Below are positions 1-14,753 of a stretch of DNA of 64,000 nt, in pieces. The stretch's first letter is position 1. Every line of letters begins with the position of its first letter. The notes under the pieces were generated by a model. That model was not told where the DNA came from, did not search any database, and saw only the letters and a list, made by a program, of their open reading frames with translations. Source of the stretch: the human T2T-CHM13v2.0 reference genome, Homo sapiens; the NCBI RefSeq assembly GCF_009914755.1, contig NC_060939.1. The stretch is one strand, 5' to 3'. Made by a program: the position numbers and the translations under genes.

Positions 1-483
1 GTATTTATACATTGACAGATGTTTTGGTTGCTTCCATCTCTTGTCTCTTGTGAACAGTGCCGCTATGAACATGGGTATACAAATATCCCTTTGAGACCCT
101 GCTTTCAATTCCTTTGGGTATATACCCAGGAGTGGGATTGCTGGATCATATGGTAGTTCTATTTTTAATTTTTTGAGGAACCTCTGTACTGTCCACAGCA
201 GCTGCACTATTTTATAATCCCACCAACGGTACACAAGAGTCCCAACTTTTCCACACCACCACAAACACTTTTTTTTATAGTAGCCATCCTAATGGGTGTG
301 AGGCAATATCTCATCATGGTTTTGATTTGCATTTCTCTGATGATTAGTGGTGTTGAGCATCTTTTCATATGCTTGTTGGCCATTTGTATATCACCTTTGG
401 AAAAACGTCTATTCAAGTCCTTTGTTTAAATTGGGTTATTTGATTTTTTATGTTGAGTTGTAGGAATTCTTTATGTGTTATAA

Positions 484-1065
<582 letters not shown>

Positions 1066-1929
1066 ATATTCTAACTATTAATCTGTTATCATCTATGTGA
1101 TTTGTAAATATTTTCTCCCATTTCATTATTTTGATTATGTCTTTTGATGAACAGTTTTTCAGTTTGAAGCAGTCTCTGTTCTCTGTTTTTGCTTTTGTTG
1201 AATTTTGTTGTCTGTGCTCTTGATGTCTTAACCAAGAAATTATTGACAAATCCAAAAAATCATAAAGCTTTTCCTTTGATATTGATTTAAAAATGTTTAT
1301 ACCAATATATGTGTCACTGGAACAATCTTACCAACGGTAACTCCATGTAGGTAAAAGATTGTTAGCTAAGTGGGGACGAATGTCTGTGTGGGAGAGTCAC
1401 GGAGCAGTGCGTGTTGGGGGAATGGGCTTACACCCTGGGGATACATAAGGACTGATTTGGGACATAGAGATTAAATATAGTGGATCCACAATTCCTGATG
1501 AATTTATTAATGTTATTGACAGTTATTTGGAGAATGAGGGGGTGCACAGTCTTGGAAAAAGGACACATCATAAAGCATGCAGCCTCTCTTATCTCTCCTT
1601 TCCTTTCTTCTTCCTTCTGCTCTGTGTGAAGTAGCATCTTTTCCTGCCCACTTTTAGATCCCAGAAGCTCAGCTCTGTTTTGGCAAAGTTTCTTCACATT
1701 TTCTCAAAGTAAGTGAATCTCTCCCCACAAAAATTCTTCTACTAGCTACAAAAAGACAAAAGGAGGTATAGTGATTGGTGTGTTTTTATAAGACTCAAGA
1801 TTATATAAAGTATTTTTATATTTATCATTTTAATCAACTATCAGGTTTTTTTTAAAGACCAAAATACCCTATATTCAGACATGTGTTTTGCTCAAGGGCA
1901 CATTCTCACACTTGACCCTGGGCATGCAT

Positions 1930-2505
1930 ATACGGATATCTTTCTGGAAGTGGTCTTGCTGGGTCGAAGAGCACGTACATTTTAAATTTTGATGGACTCA
2001 GCCAAAACGCCTTCCCCAAAGGCTACACCAATTTTCACTCCTACATTCAACATACCAGGGTCCTAATTTTAGCATACTTTGGCAACACCGACTTTAATTT
2101 TTGCTGATTTGATGGATTAAAAATACCCCACCATTTACAGTAATATTTCTCCATTTAGTAGGGTGGTTGATCATCTTTTTGTATATTTATTTTCCATTCT
2201 TATTTATTTTCATTTTTTGAATATTTGTTTATATTCTGTGGTCATTTTTCTATTGATGTGTTAAATCAATATATCCTGATGCGCCATTTAATTCCCTTGT
2301 CTCTTTCACTACGTATTTTTTAGGTTATTTTCTTAGTGGTTGCTCTGTGCTTATCATTAACATTTTAATTTATAACAATATAGTTCAGATTAATACCAAC
2401 TTAATCTCATTTGTGTGTATGCTCTGAGATATTTCCATTCCTTCTTCCTTCTTTATGCTGTTATTATTACAAATTACATACACTATGTGCTCAACATAGC
2501 ACATT
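1930..2505 (-). mobile_element. Old L1 fragments (L1ME/L1MC-like)
   Basis: Degenerate antisense L1 motifs (ccaaaggctacaccaattttcactcc; ttttcttagtggttgctctg). Confidence 0.65.
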
Positions 2506-2517
2506 TATAATCATCTT

Positions 2518-3153
2518 GTTTTCCAGCTTTATTAAGGCATAATTGACAGATACAAATTATATATTTAAAGTGTACAATGTGATGTTTTACAATACATATA
2601 TATTGTGAAATGATTACTACAATCAAGCTAATTTACGTATTCATCATCTAACGTAGTTACCTTTTTGTGTGTGTGAGCATACTTAAGATCTCTCTTACCA
2701 AATTTGTATTTATTTATTAACTTTTATTTTCAGTTCAGGGGTACATGTGCAGGTTTGTGATATAGGTAAACTCATGTCATGGTGGTCTTTTGTACACATT
2801 ATTTCATTACCCAGGTATTAAGCCTAGTATCCATTAGTTATTTTTCCTGATCCTCTCCCTCCTCCCACCCTCCACCCTCCAGGAGGCCCCAGTGTGATCG
2901 TTTCCCCCACCGTGTGTCCATGTGTTCTCATCAGCCAGATAGATAGAGAAATACTGCATGATCTCACTTATATGTGGAATCTAGAAGAGTTGAAGTCATA
3001 GGAGCACAGAGTAGAGTGGTGGTTATCACGGGACAGGGTGTCGGGGGAAATGGGGAGATGCTGGTCAAAGGGCACAAACTTCCAGTTATGAGATGAATAC
3101 ATTCTGGAGATCAAATGCACAGCACAGTGACTATAGTTAATAATAATGTACCG
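2518..3153 (-). mobile_element. L1MA-type 3' end with inverted 5' segment; a younger L1PA13-16 3' fragment lies at about 2706-2932
   Basis: 2520-2705 is an antisense L1MA 3' end. 2933-3153 is the adjoining upstream L1MA segment in sense orientation. Flanks are TATAATCATCTT and TATAATCACTTT. Confidence 0.8.
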
Positions 3154-3207
3154 TATAATCACTTTTAAAATAAACTTTTTGTATACCTTTATAATTTATA
3201 AACTTTT

Positions 3208-3580
3208 TGTTAGGGACTGAATGTTTGTGTCTCCCTGCCCCCATTCGTATGTTGAAGTTCTAATCCCCTGTATTTGGAGGTAGAGCCTGTGAGGAAGTGA
3301 TAAAGGTTAAATGAGGTCAAAAGTGTAGAGATGTAATTTAATGGTGCTGGTGCCCTTTTGAGAAGAGGAAGAAACTCCAGCACTCTGTCTTGCAGCCACG
3401 TGAGGATAAAATAAGGAGGTGCCATCTGCAATCTAGGAAGAGAGTCCTTTCCAGAAACTGCATCAGCTGGTACCTTGATCTTGAACTTCCCAGTACCCAG
3501 AACTGGGAAAAATAGATTTCTGTTGTTTACGCCATCCAGTCTGTGGTATTTTGTTGTGGCAGCTTGAACAGACTAATACA
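3208..3580 (+). mobile_element. Solo MaLR LTR (MLT1A-like)
   Basis: TG...CA termini (tgttagggactgaatgtttgtgtc...gactaataca); 5-bp TSD CTTTT on both sides. Confidence 0.9.
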
Positions 3581-3656
3581 CTTTTTATACACTTTTATAA
3601 ACTTTCTGCATACTTTTATAATTTATAAAAATGTTTATAATGACCACTTTATCTAG

Positions 3657-3982
<326 letters not shown>

Positions 3983-3999
3983 TCTAGTTGTGTTTTAAA

Positions 4000-5010
4000 T
4001 CAGATAGGAGCCAAAATGACTCACAAACAAAAACTAAATGTACATTGTCTTTTGTATTTACTTATTGACTTATGTCATTATCTTTATAAGTGCTCTTTAT
4101 TTCTTCACATGTATCTGCATTACTGTCTAATGCTCTTTCATTTCTGCCTTTGGGGCACTCTTTATTTATCTTAGGGCAGGCCTGCTAGTGACATGTGTAC
4201 TGGGAGCACACTTCAATCCTTAGACAGGCAGTTTGCAACTCTGCCTTAGCCCTCACCTTCTGTTTGTGCAGAGCCTCAGGGTCGTCCATATGTGAGAGCT
4301 TAGAGACTTCTCAGATCTTTACTGAACACGTGCATATCCCCCGGCATGCACATGGCCCTATGCACACATGTGGCCTCTTAGCTTCTCAGGAATGACAGAC
4401 ATTTCCAAAGCCCCATTGATACCTGACTCCTGGCTTTTTCTTCTTCTTTTTTTTTTTTTTTTTTTGGTTCCTGGTTGTTGTTTGTCCTAACTGATATCAC
4501 TGCCTCAGGCAGCTGCAATGTTACACAATTGCTGCTGATTGTTTTGGATAGAAGCTTAGGGAAACGCTGTTCGTACTGAGCAAGCTCTGAGGCAGGTCAA
4601 ATAAAGACAAATGCTGGTGGTGGGATTTTCCAGGAAAATGCCAGATATGACAAATTATGACACTTCTCTGAAGGGGATTCTGGAGAACATTCAACCTCAT
4701 TTTATCTCTTGGAGTGGCTGTTAGGCTGCTGGTTTTCAGGGCTGTTTGCAGGACTGTCTGGAGGACTGTCAATTTTCAAAGCTACTATGGGGCTAGAGAG
4801 AAGGAGTCAGGAAGTTAAAATGCCACAAAGCTTGCTGTTCTTACTGAGACTCAGCCATTTTCTTGAATAAATGCCTCATGGATTTCCGCAACTGCTGGTT
4901 AACTTCCACAGTTCTGAAAATGCTGATTTTGACCATTTCTACCAGCATTTTTATTTCTTTAATGGAGGAGAAGACTTTCAGAGGTCCTTACTCCACTATT
5001 TCCACTGATG
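4000..5010 (-). mobile_element. Old L1 (L1MC/MD-like) internal and 5' fragments
   Basis: Recalled similarity to antisense L1M 5'-region sequence (ttcttgaataaatg...gaaaatgctgattttgaccatt...ttcagaggtccttactcc). Confidence 0.6.
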
Positions 5011-5047
5011 TCATGCCTTGTTGATTAAGAATATATATATATATACA

Positions 5048-5340
<293 letters not shown>

Positions 5341-5358
5341 TAATTAAATATTAAGTTT

Positions 5359-5434
5359 GTGTGTGTGTGTGTGTGTGTGTATGAATGAGTGATACACACA
5401 CCCAGGCACACACAATACACATGCACACACACAC
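5359..5434. repeat. (TG)n followed by degenerate (CA)n
   Basis: Read directly from the sequence. Confidence 0.85.
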
Positions 5435-6139
5435 TCAGAAATTTTTCTCTAAGAAATACCTTAGCTATGTTTCTACATACTTTCATATGTTGTCTTTATT
5501 ATTATTTATTTATAAATAACATAATTTTCTTATCTTTTCTTCTTTGACTTTAGCACACTATTACTTTTCCTCCTCAGCTTTTATCCCCTTACATGCTATA
5601 ATTATCGGGGGTTTATTTCTTCTTCTTTTCCTCCTCCTCCTTCTTCTCCTCTCCATCTTCCTTCTTTTTCCTTTTTTTTTCCTTCTCCTTTTAGCATTAT
5701 ATTACAGTATTTATTTAGACTAAATTATGTTTTATTCATTGATTTGTTAACCATTATTTCTCAAATCCCACACCCTTCTGTTTTGGAATTAATTAATTAA
5801 TTTATAGAATTCTTGACTCATTCTCCAGTGAGAGTCTGGATGCAAACATTTTGAGTACTTAATGATTAAAAATGTCTTCATTTTATAGTTGTTGTTTTTG
5901 CTGCATATAGTATTCTAGGTTCAAAATAATTTTCTCTGTGACTTTGGTGCTTTTTTCTAAAATCCAGTCTGGTTTCTCTTCAGAATGAATAAATCTTTTG
6001 CCTTTTAAAATCCAGTATTGCTGAAGAAGAGTTTTATTTCTATGTATTTCTTATTTCTTAAAGATGAGGCTCTTTTCTTTCTGGAAAAGAAAGAAAGTTC
6101 TTAGAATATCTTAGGTGTACTAAAATTTCATCAAGCATA

Positions 6140-6330
6140 TGGCTCCATTAATTAGTAGCTGTCTATACTTGGGCAAGTGATTTTAGTCTCTCTAAACAGT
6201 TTTCTCATCTGTACCGTGGGAGAAATTATGAGTTGGGAACTCACAGGGTTGCTACAAAGATGAAAATACATACTGCATGTAAACCATTTAGCTCAGTGTC
6301 TTGCTCTGAAACAGTTCAGCTTTACTATTA
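6140..6330 (+). mobile_element. MIR
   Basis: MIR core: cttgggcaagtga...cagttttctcatctgta...ctcacagggttgct. Confidence 0.8.
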
Positions 6331-7399
6331 TTGTATTATCTACTCAGTAGGCTATTTTAATCTGAATGCTGTTTCTTCCATTGACCATTCCCCTCCTCCC
6401 CCATTAGTTCTTTTGTTTTTCTCCCTTTTCACCATTTTCTCTGTTTTCTCCTCCCAATGGATGGAAGTTAGATTTTTGGATACGTTCTTCAAATATGTTT
6501 TCTTTCTTATTTAAAACCTGTCTCTTTTACCTACATACTAAGAGATTTTGTTTTTATTCTCTTCCTTCACATTATTGATTTTCCTCAAATATCTAGGGAC
6601 CCCATTAGCTTTCTGCATGCCAGGAATTTCTTATGATATCTGCCCTATGGCTGGTATGCCTTCCTGTTGTCCAGAGCTTTTATGAAGTTATACTTAAAAC
6701 AATAACAACAGCAAAACAAGAAAACTCTTGTTTGTCACTTTAAGTGGTATGGATAAGATTATAAACAGTAACGCATCTTAAACCATCATCTCGATCCTCT
6801 AACTTGCTCTTTTTTTCTCCTCTCAAGATAGTTTCAAGGTAGCTTTGTTTTTGTATAGATGCCGAAATCCATGATCTCTATAGCCATTTTGGAAGATTGA
6901 AAGAAATACAAGTAAGGAAATAAACAATGCCACTATTCCCACCACCATTCTAGAGATATCATTAATATGTTCTTGTTTCTCTTTTTAGTTATTTTATGCA
7001 TATGAAAAAATAGAATCCTATTGTACATTGACTCTTGTAGCATGTTGTGTTTATATTCATAGAATGTGAACATATTTGCATGTTATTAATATTCTAAATA
7101 TTTTTTAGTAAATGTATAAGATTGCATGTATATACCAAAATTTATTGACTCAATTCCCTCATTGGTGAACATTTCCATTCTTTAGTGCAGCAGTGAGCAT
7201 CATAACAGGTACATCTTTGCTCATGTCTGTGGTTGTGTCTTTAGAATACATGAGGGAAGGGTTTTGCAGAGACCATTCCCTCCATAATTCCAAACAGGTG
7301 TCCAGAGAAGTTACACCAGCAAAGACGGCTGTGATTTAATGTGAAAATTCCTTTGCTTTGGGTGATGGATATGAATAAGGAACACAACCTCGTTGAATG

Positions 7400-7573
7400 T
7401 AATGCTTCCCAAAGCTAGCCAATCATCAATTATCTAGGGGTACTTATTTAAATCACAGATTCTTGGACCCACGCTTGGAAATGCTGATTCATTAGGTCTA
7501 GTGCTGGGCCCAGGAATTTATATTTTTAATAAGCTCCTAGGTGATTTTAATGGTTAACCAAGGTTAGGAAACA
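7400..7573. mobile_element. MER5-type hAT-Charlie fossil
   Basis: cagattcttggaccc...ctgattcattaggtct...gggcccaggaattt...ctcctaggtgatt. Confidence 0.75.
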
Positions 7574-9644
7574 GGATCTAGCAACTGCAGAGCCTGGGCA
7601 CGGGGGCTGAGGGTAGGAGGGACAGATGCCGGGTCCCTGGTGTTTCTCAGTAAGAAAGGTGGTGATGGTGAGAACAGAAAAGGGACATTCTGAAAGTAGG
7701 ACTGACCATGTTGGAGACTGTTTTGAAGTGAAGAGCAAAGGTATGAGCTCCAATGAGTACTTAAGGTTTGGAGCACAAGAGAGAGACTTGGTTGATTGTG
7801 GTGGCATCAGCTGTTTGGAAGGAGAAGATAGCTTTGCCCAGGAATTGAAACCTGGATTTCAGTGGGCTCTGTAGTGTGTACCACGTGAGACTGGGAAGTT
7901 CCCTTTCCTTCTCTGGGTCCTCAGCGTTCGTGTAATCTGAAGGCGTTGGACAATATCAGGGACTTTTCAAGCTGTGGGAGCCCAAAGCCACTATGGTGGA
8001 GGGGTGACTGAGAAGGTGAAAATCCTTCTATGCTCACTCTTACCCTCCTTCAGAGACCCCAAATTTATTTGCTTTAAATTAGAGCCCTGTGTAAGATTGT
8101 GTCTGCAATTTTTTTTTGCTGCTGCCAGAAAGTTTGAAAATCTCCAGACTAGATGACCTTTCTGTTCTAAAAAGCCATATTATTTTGTGAACCAAGACCG
8201 TGGGGAGGAAGAACAGGGAACTGAATGGATCAGAGGGGCCATCCGGAATGAACATTTCAGGCCTCATTTGAATTTGAAGGCTGACCCGTTGGGTTATGGC
8301 AGTAGCTCTCAATTTCCATCTCAGAATCAGTGTATTGCCTGAGTCAACTCAGAGTGACCTCCAAGGAGAATTCTAGTTGACTTCTCATCAGATGCTTATA
8401 TTTGACTTACTGGGGGAAGGCCCTCACTTCACAGGACCCCCAAAGTCCAGAGAGATGATGCTGGTTCATATGTTAACACTTTGGTCATGTCTTGCTGTTT
8501 AAGTATTTCAACAATAGAGTATGTGTGACCTTCTTTCAGCCTCCTTTCAAGCTGGGAATTTAAGGTGTTCTGTGGAATGTTATGCAAACAAGCCTTTGGC
8601 TTTGATCTCTGAGAATTCTTAGGAGTAAGAAGGGAGAAGATGAGCTGGGGGCCTGGAGGGATTAACTGTGAAAACCTGGCCAGGCTTTGTTGGACAGGGA
8701 AGCTGGGGTGGAGTGTGGGGTGTCTGGGGAACAGATGTGAGCCTGACTTGATCTTCTGCAGCTGCAGACAGAGGTTTGCCAGAGGTGACTGCGAGTTCCC
8801 GTGGCGGCCAAAAGTCCTCTTGGGGTAGTCCACCAGTGGTCTCTTCTCTGACTGGAGCTGGAGTTAGTGTAGGATTTTTGCAATTTGATTCCAGCAACCA
8901 TGTAACAGGTTGGATGGAGAAAGGATTTCTTTTGACAAGCCAGGGATTTGATGGGTCTTATCTCTGTGTTATTATATTCATTTCTAAACATTCCAGAGAG
9001 GTGATGGAGGAACAAAGCCTGCCTTTCTCAGTAATCTTTTATTACTTTGTGATCCCGATGAAAATGATGGGCAGGGCAGGGTAGGGCAGGGTCAGAAAAA
9101 CTGTCTCCCCTAGAGCAGCGTGTCCCCGAGTTTGTTACAGGGAATACTAGTCCCGAGAGATGCTTCAGATGATTTCATGATCAAGTAGGTTTAGAAATTC
9201 TGCACTTGGTGTTTTCCTCTGGATATTCCCAATGCAGATTCAAACACTAAAGGCTCTGAACTATCCTATAGTCAAGAATTCTCTGAATTTATTGCACTGA
9301 AAATTTCTCAGTTGGCCAGAGAATTACAATCATTTTAGGTGGAGAAGAGGCACCCTTTGATATCAAATAGATGGAACTTCAAGAAGGGCTGGCCTCCAGG
9401 TTGGGAAATCAAGGCATCCATGATGTGCTCACAGAGTGGCGTTCCTGAAGCTATTCCTTTCCTCTCTGGTGGCCTCAACAACTTGGGAATTTTTCCTTAG
9501 CAACCCACTCTCTGAGTTATTCCAGATAGAGTAGCTCTGCTTGCGATTTCATTTGAAGAACAAGACCAATAGCTGAAAAGAGCTTGAGTCAAATTCCCAC
9601 ACAGAGGGAAAAACATTCAGAACTTAGAATGAAACTTTTACTAA

Positions 9645-9913
<269 letters not shown>

Positions 9914-11059
9914 CAAATGAGGCTATTTTTAATGCCAGCTTCATATTTCCTCTCTATTATTCCGAAGGAACCAGAGGTGGCCAGAATGTAGCATCCTTTT
10001 GGCCAAAGTAAATATTTCAGGGACAGATAGCTGACCCATAAACAAATCATGCTCAAATAGAGCTTATCTCACGACTTGAGGCCCAAGAATTTACAAATAG
10101 GTATTGTCTTTTGCACTGGACTTGGAGTGGTGGGGATGTGAGCCTGTTGACACCCTTTCCCCATAAGAGAGAGCCTGATAAAGGAATGAGCCAAGACGTG
10201 GAGAAATATCGGGCCTTGATGTGTCATTTGAGTGCCTGGATCCAGCCAAGCTTGGCATCTAGGCTGTTTGGTTATGCCAATTTGAGTTTTCTGTCTAAGT
10301 GTTTTTACCAGTATACTTTTCGTGAGAGACTTTTTCTTGGAGCTAAATGTCTGAGATAACAAGAATTCACTTAAACACCCCTTCCCACCTTGCTCCACCC
10401 CTAAAACCAGAGCAAGCACTATTAAATAAATTATGACAGTCACCATTGTTATATAATTTAAAATAGTAATTTACTCTCTTTTGTCCTAGAAGATACTTGG
10501 AAGTTTGTCTAGTACAAAGCTCCATCTGATCCTTCAGGTACCTCTACAGAATGTCCACCAGGAAGTTTTCTGGCTTCTGCTTAAATTGTCCTCAGGACCA
10601 GACAGCTCAGGAATGCTTGAGGAAACATGTGCTATTTCCAGGCAGCTTTAATCAGGCTGATTGGCATCTGCCCGCCTGTCATTTTGCCTTTTGGTCCTGG
10701 GCTAACTGCAGACCAAATCTAATCCCTCCTCCATAGGACTGACTTTCGGATTGTTGAAAATAGCTAAGCCTCCTCTCTCACACACCAGAAAAATGTCCCC
10801 AGCTCTTGCAGTGGGGCCAGTGTTGGTTTTCTTCACGGCCCTACCATGAGCATACTATAATGGGTTGTGAATTTATTTCAACACGGGTGGCTTTCATCTG
10901 TGATTCCAAAAGTACTATACGTCCATCATAGACTATGCAGAAAGGTAAGAAGAGGAAAACAAAAATTCACCTGTGAGTAAGCGGCCAAGACATGAGCCCC
11001 TTTGACCTTCTGATGGCTCTTCCTCCATTAGTTTTATGCATGTGGCACACATGTGGTTG

Positions 11060-11452
11060 TGCTGGTGTTGTGTCCCCTTCTTCTCTCTGCCCAAGAGGTT
11101 GGGCTACAGTGGGCCACACTTGCACAGGGGCTTCTGTGTCCCTGGGTTTCTGCTGGGTTTAGACAGTGAGGTGCTCAGGGCACAGATCTGACAGAGGAGA
11201 GAGGTCAAGTTGTTTATGTCCCTGATTCCTCCCTGTGGAGTTGCCTGGGGCTGATTTGTCCCTCTCAGGGCAGCCTACTTAACACTTCTCTGTTGTGCCT
11301 GCAGTGGCTTCTGCCCTGGGCCCTTTGCTGCTTACTAGCTTTGAGCTCCTGTGCTGGCCTTTTAGTTCCCTGCTCCTACCCCTTTGTCAATGACCCATCC
11401 TCCCGTTGTCCTAGTTGAGTGCTGTTTCCAGTAGGAACTTAAAACTGATATG
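11060..11452 (+). mobile_element. LTR33-like ERVL LTR fragment
   Basis: Recalled similarity (tttctgctgggttt...gaggagagaggtca...tgtttcc...actgata); start boundary uncertain. Confidence 0.6.
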
Positions 11453-12278
11453 ATTGTATTTTGCAAATAAGAAACAGACTCTGCACACTGACATATAACC
11501 TGCTAGGTCATTTCTTGGGATATGGAAAACCTCTTTTCATGTTGTTAAATATTCCTCTACAACGTGATGAATGGCTGAGTAGGTTTTAGATATATTTTAA
11601 AACAAATGTACCAGAGTTTATTTCAACTTTGAGGAAGTTAGTTTTTCCTCCCAATTTACTTTCTTCTTATGACTTTGAAAGTACTTTGGTGAATATCCTT
11701 GTCAGTAAATCTTTGCACATGTTCATGTTTATTTCCTTAGGATAAATCTGCGGAAGTAAAATCTCTAGATCAATAGAAATGAACATCTGAGAAACTTTTG
11801 CTGTATGTTGCCAGATTACCCTCCAAAATTTTTAAAATAATTGACGCTGCTTCCAACTACCTGTAGGAAGATTTGTTTTCTGACACTTTCTCCAACATTT
11901 ATTTAATGTTATAATAAAATAATACCGTGTTTGCTTTGTAATAGGTGCTCTCCATTCCTTTGAAGATGAAGTCCCTAGGAGTGAACAGACTCCAGGATAG
12001 AAAGGAACAGACTCCATCACCTTCTTTTTCCTGAGCATAATACCTTCATTTATATAGCCTGAGATAGTCACTGTGGTAGGCTGAACAATGTCCCCTCCAA
12101 AATGTCCATGTTCTAATCCCTGGAACCTGTGAATATGATACTTTTCACATAGTAAAAGGGACTTTGCTGATATGATTAAGTTAGAAATCGTATGGGGAAA
12201 TTATCCTGGATTAGCTAGATGGGCCCGGTGTAATCACAGTGGTCCTTATAAGAAAGAAAAAGGTGCTGTGACGATGGA

Positions 12279-12318
<40 letters not shown>

Positions 12319-12365
12319 GAGACTAGAAGATGCTATGCTGTTGGCTTTGAAGATGGAGGAAGGTG

Positions 12366-13198
12366 TGTATGATAAACGCACCTGACGGTGATAACTTGAC
12401 TTGAGCATACACTAACAATGACCCTCTGATATGGTTTGGCTTTGGGTCCCCACCCAAATCTCATCTCGGATTGTAATCCCCACATGTGGAGGGAGGGACC
12501 TGGTGGGAGGTGATTGGATTGTGGGGGCAGTTTCCCCCATGCTGTTCTCATGATAGTGAGTTCTCATGTGATCTGATGGTTTAAAAGTGTGGCACTTCTC
12601 CTTTGCGGCCTCTCTCTCCTGCTACCATGGTAGATGTGCCTTGCTTCCCCTTTGCTTTCCACCATGACTGTAAGTTTCCTGAGGCCTCTCCAGCCATGCG
12701 GAACTGTGAGTCAATTCAACCTCTTTCCTTTATAAGTTACCCAGTCTCCGGTAGTATCTTTATAGCAGTGTGAAAATGGACTAATACACTCCGTATGGCA
12801 GATGCACCTGAATGTGTGTTCGGAGTCCCAGGCTAAGAAATCCGGGAGTAGCGACCACCCTGGAGATCCATTCCTTATTTATGAGGAACATCTGAGACCC
12901 CGGCCTGGCCCATGGAATGCAGGCTGTATAGGGGATCAAGGCCTTTTATTTTGGGTAAAATGAAGTTTGCCAGGTGAAGATTGTTTGGGGGAGGGCGCTA
13001 AGTGAAAATGCTATATAGACTGCATGCCTTTTATAAGTGCTTGCAGTTCTTCTGCCCAGCCTGCTGCCACTGGACTCTCTTCCCTGTTTGTAAGCTCTCG
13101 ATAAAACCCCATGTCTTATTTACTGGCTCCAGGTCTCTTCTTTGGCCTTTTGAACATGGGGTCCTCCCCATTGGAGTCTACTGGGGCTTGGCACCACA
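12366..13198 (+). mobile_element. LTR47-like ERVL solo LTR, split by an MSTA insertion
   Basis: TG...CA termini; perfect TSD AGGTG at 12361 and 13199; TATA-like gctatatag. Confidence 0.82.
12427..12788 (+). mobile_element. MSTA/THE1D-like MaLR solo LTR
   Basis: tgatatggtttggct...ccccacccaaatctcatc...ggactaataca. Confidence 0.92.
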
Positions 13199-14014
13199 AG
13201 GTGTCACAAGCCAAGGAATGCAGGTGGCCCCTAGAAGCTGGAAAAGGCAAGGGAACAGATTGTCCCCGAGAGCCTCCAGGAGGAACACAGCCTTGTTGAT
13301 GCCTTGACTTTAGACCTCTGACCTCCAGACCAATGAGAATAAATAAGGGGTTGTTTTCATCTGGGAAACCTGTGGCAATTTGTTAAGCAGCAATCGGAAA
13401 TTACTACCGTCCCTTTCTTGTCTCCCGTTGGCTTATGTTATTTTCTGGTAAATCCAAGGTGTGTGGTTTGTGTATTTGTTTGTTTCTGCGTGTTCTGCTG
13501 CTGAACGATATCAACCCTCTCTTCAGTTTTGCCTTCGGTTCTCGGGATCTCAGCTGGAGCTTTGTCTCTGCGCTTGAAGTGAAGGGCATCAGAGCAATCC
13601 CGGAAGTGTGAGGTTGCAACAAATAGCTGCAGGGAGCCAGGTGGTGTGTCTTCAGGGAAATGGCTCCCAACCCTCTCTGCAGCTGGAAGGGGCTCTTTTT
13701 TTTTTTTTTTTTTTTTTTACAGGCCCTCTCAATTTTTTGCCTAAAATGTCTCTTTCAAATCCTAGCTTCTGAATTCCTTTCCCACACTTTCATCTCTCCT
13801 TTCTGTAATTTACTACTTTTTCCATTTGATCATCAGAACGTGTTAACATAATAACAATCCTTGATACTTGAGGGATCTTCTCTTACCAAGTGCTTTCACA
13901 TAAATGATCTCATGAAATCTTCCTATCGCTGTGCTTGGTAAGTAGTGTTCGGTGTCGAATTAATGACCATGCCCCTTTCCCACAAAGAACATGGTTTTAC
14001 TCCCAGGGTTTCCT

Positions 14015-14023
14015 TATATAAAA
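14015..14023 (+). promoter_or_regulatory. TATA-box-like motif (TATATAAAA)
   Basis: Exact motif about 160 bp upstream of the ORF at 14181; function not shown. Confidence 0.3.
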
Positions 14024-14180
14024 CTCTAAGGCCCTGGACATCAACATGGACACACACACACACACTCTCACTCACAAATAAGGTACATAGCTTCTCACCT
14101 GCACACACACACATTGTGTGGAACTCCTCTGGGTTCAATAAGTTAGGAGAGGTATCTTAGCTTATGCTACAAAGACAGTC

Positions 14181-14726
14181 ATGATCTTTATGCAAATTCT
14201 AGAGCCCCAAGAGGTCCCTAGTTTCTTGATGATCTGCCAAAGGCGCTCACCTGCCATGCACAGGACATGCACGGATCATGCACCCCTAGCCATAGCTCAG
14301 GTCTGGCTTTGGGTGAGCCTGGCCAAGGCTGGAAGCAACAGGAGAGGGCCTGGCAGAGCAGAGGGGACCTTTTTTTCCCTGCTCGCTGCCCTGCATGCTG
14401 CTCAGCATTTTCCAAACCTCCCCACTGCTCCTGGTGGGGCTTCACAATCGAACATTGTCAGCCCAGAGCTGACACCCAAGCCGACCACAGCCCTAAAGCA
14501 TGCTGAGTGCCTCTTGGACCTGAATTCCCATAGTCTGTACCGAAAGCCACGCCCCAAGGCTGCAGTTTACCTCAATCTCAGTTTGCCTTTGAAATCTGTT
14601 CACAGGCTATCTCTGAAAAAGTCCTTTGGGTTTGGAAAACGGGACTTTGAAAACAATTCCGTTTTTATTGTAGATTCAGGGGGCACGTGTGCAGGTTTGT
14701 TACCAGGGTATATCGGGTGGTGCTGA
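14181..14726 (+). CDS. Hypothetical 181-aa single-exon ORF, no recognisable domain (possible de novo or lncRNA ORF)
   Basis: True ATG with G at -3; mostly non-repeat sequence; upstream TATA; AATAAA at 14774. The last roughly 20 codons come from an antisense L1 fragment. Confidence 0.25.
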   Translation: MIFMQILEPQEVPSFLMICQRRSPAMHRTCTDHAPLAIAQVWLWVSLAKAGSNRRGPGRAEGTFFSLLAALHAAQHFPNLPTAPGGASQSNIVSPELTPKPTTALKHAECLLDLNSHSLYRKPRPKAAVYLNLSLPLKSVHRLSLKKSFGFGKRDFENNSVFIVDSGGTCAGLLPGYIGWC

Positions 14727-14753
14727 GGTTTGGGCTTCTATGGATCCCATCAC
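14661..14753 (-). mobile_element. Short L1PA15-16/L1PB-like 3' end fragment
   Basis: tagattcagggggcacgtgtgcaggtttgttac...tgctgaggtttggg...gatcccatcac. Confidence 0.8.

Larger units (their letters stand above)
12072..13408 (+). mobile_element. MLT1D-like MaLR LTR, split by an LTR47 insertion
   Basis: 5' half 12072-12365 and 3' half 13199-13408 are collinear; outer TSD GTCAC/GTCCC. Confidence 0.88.
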
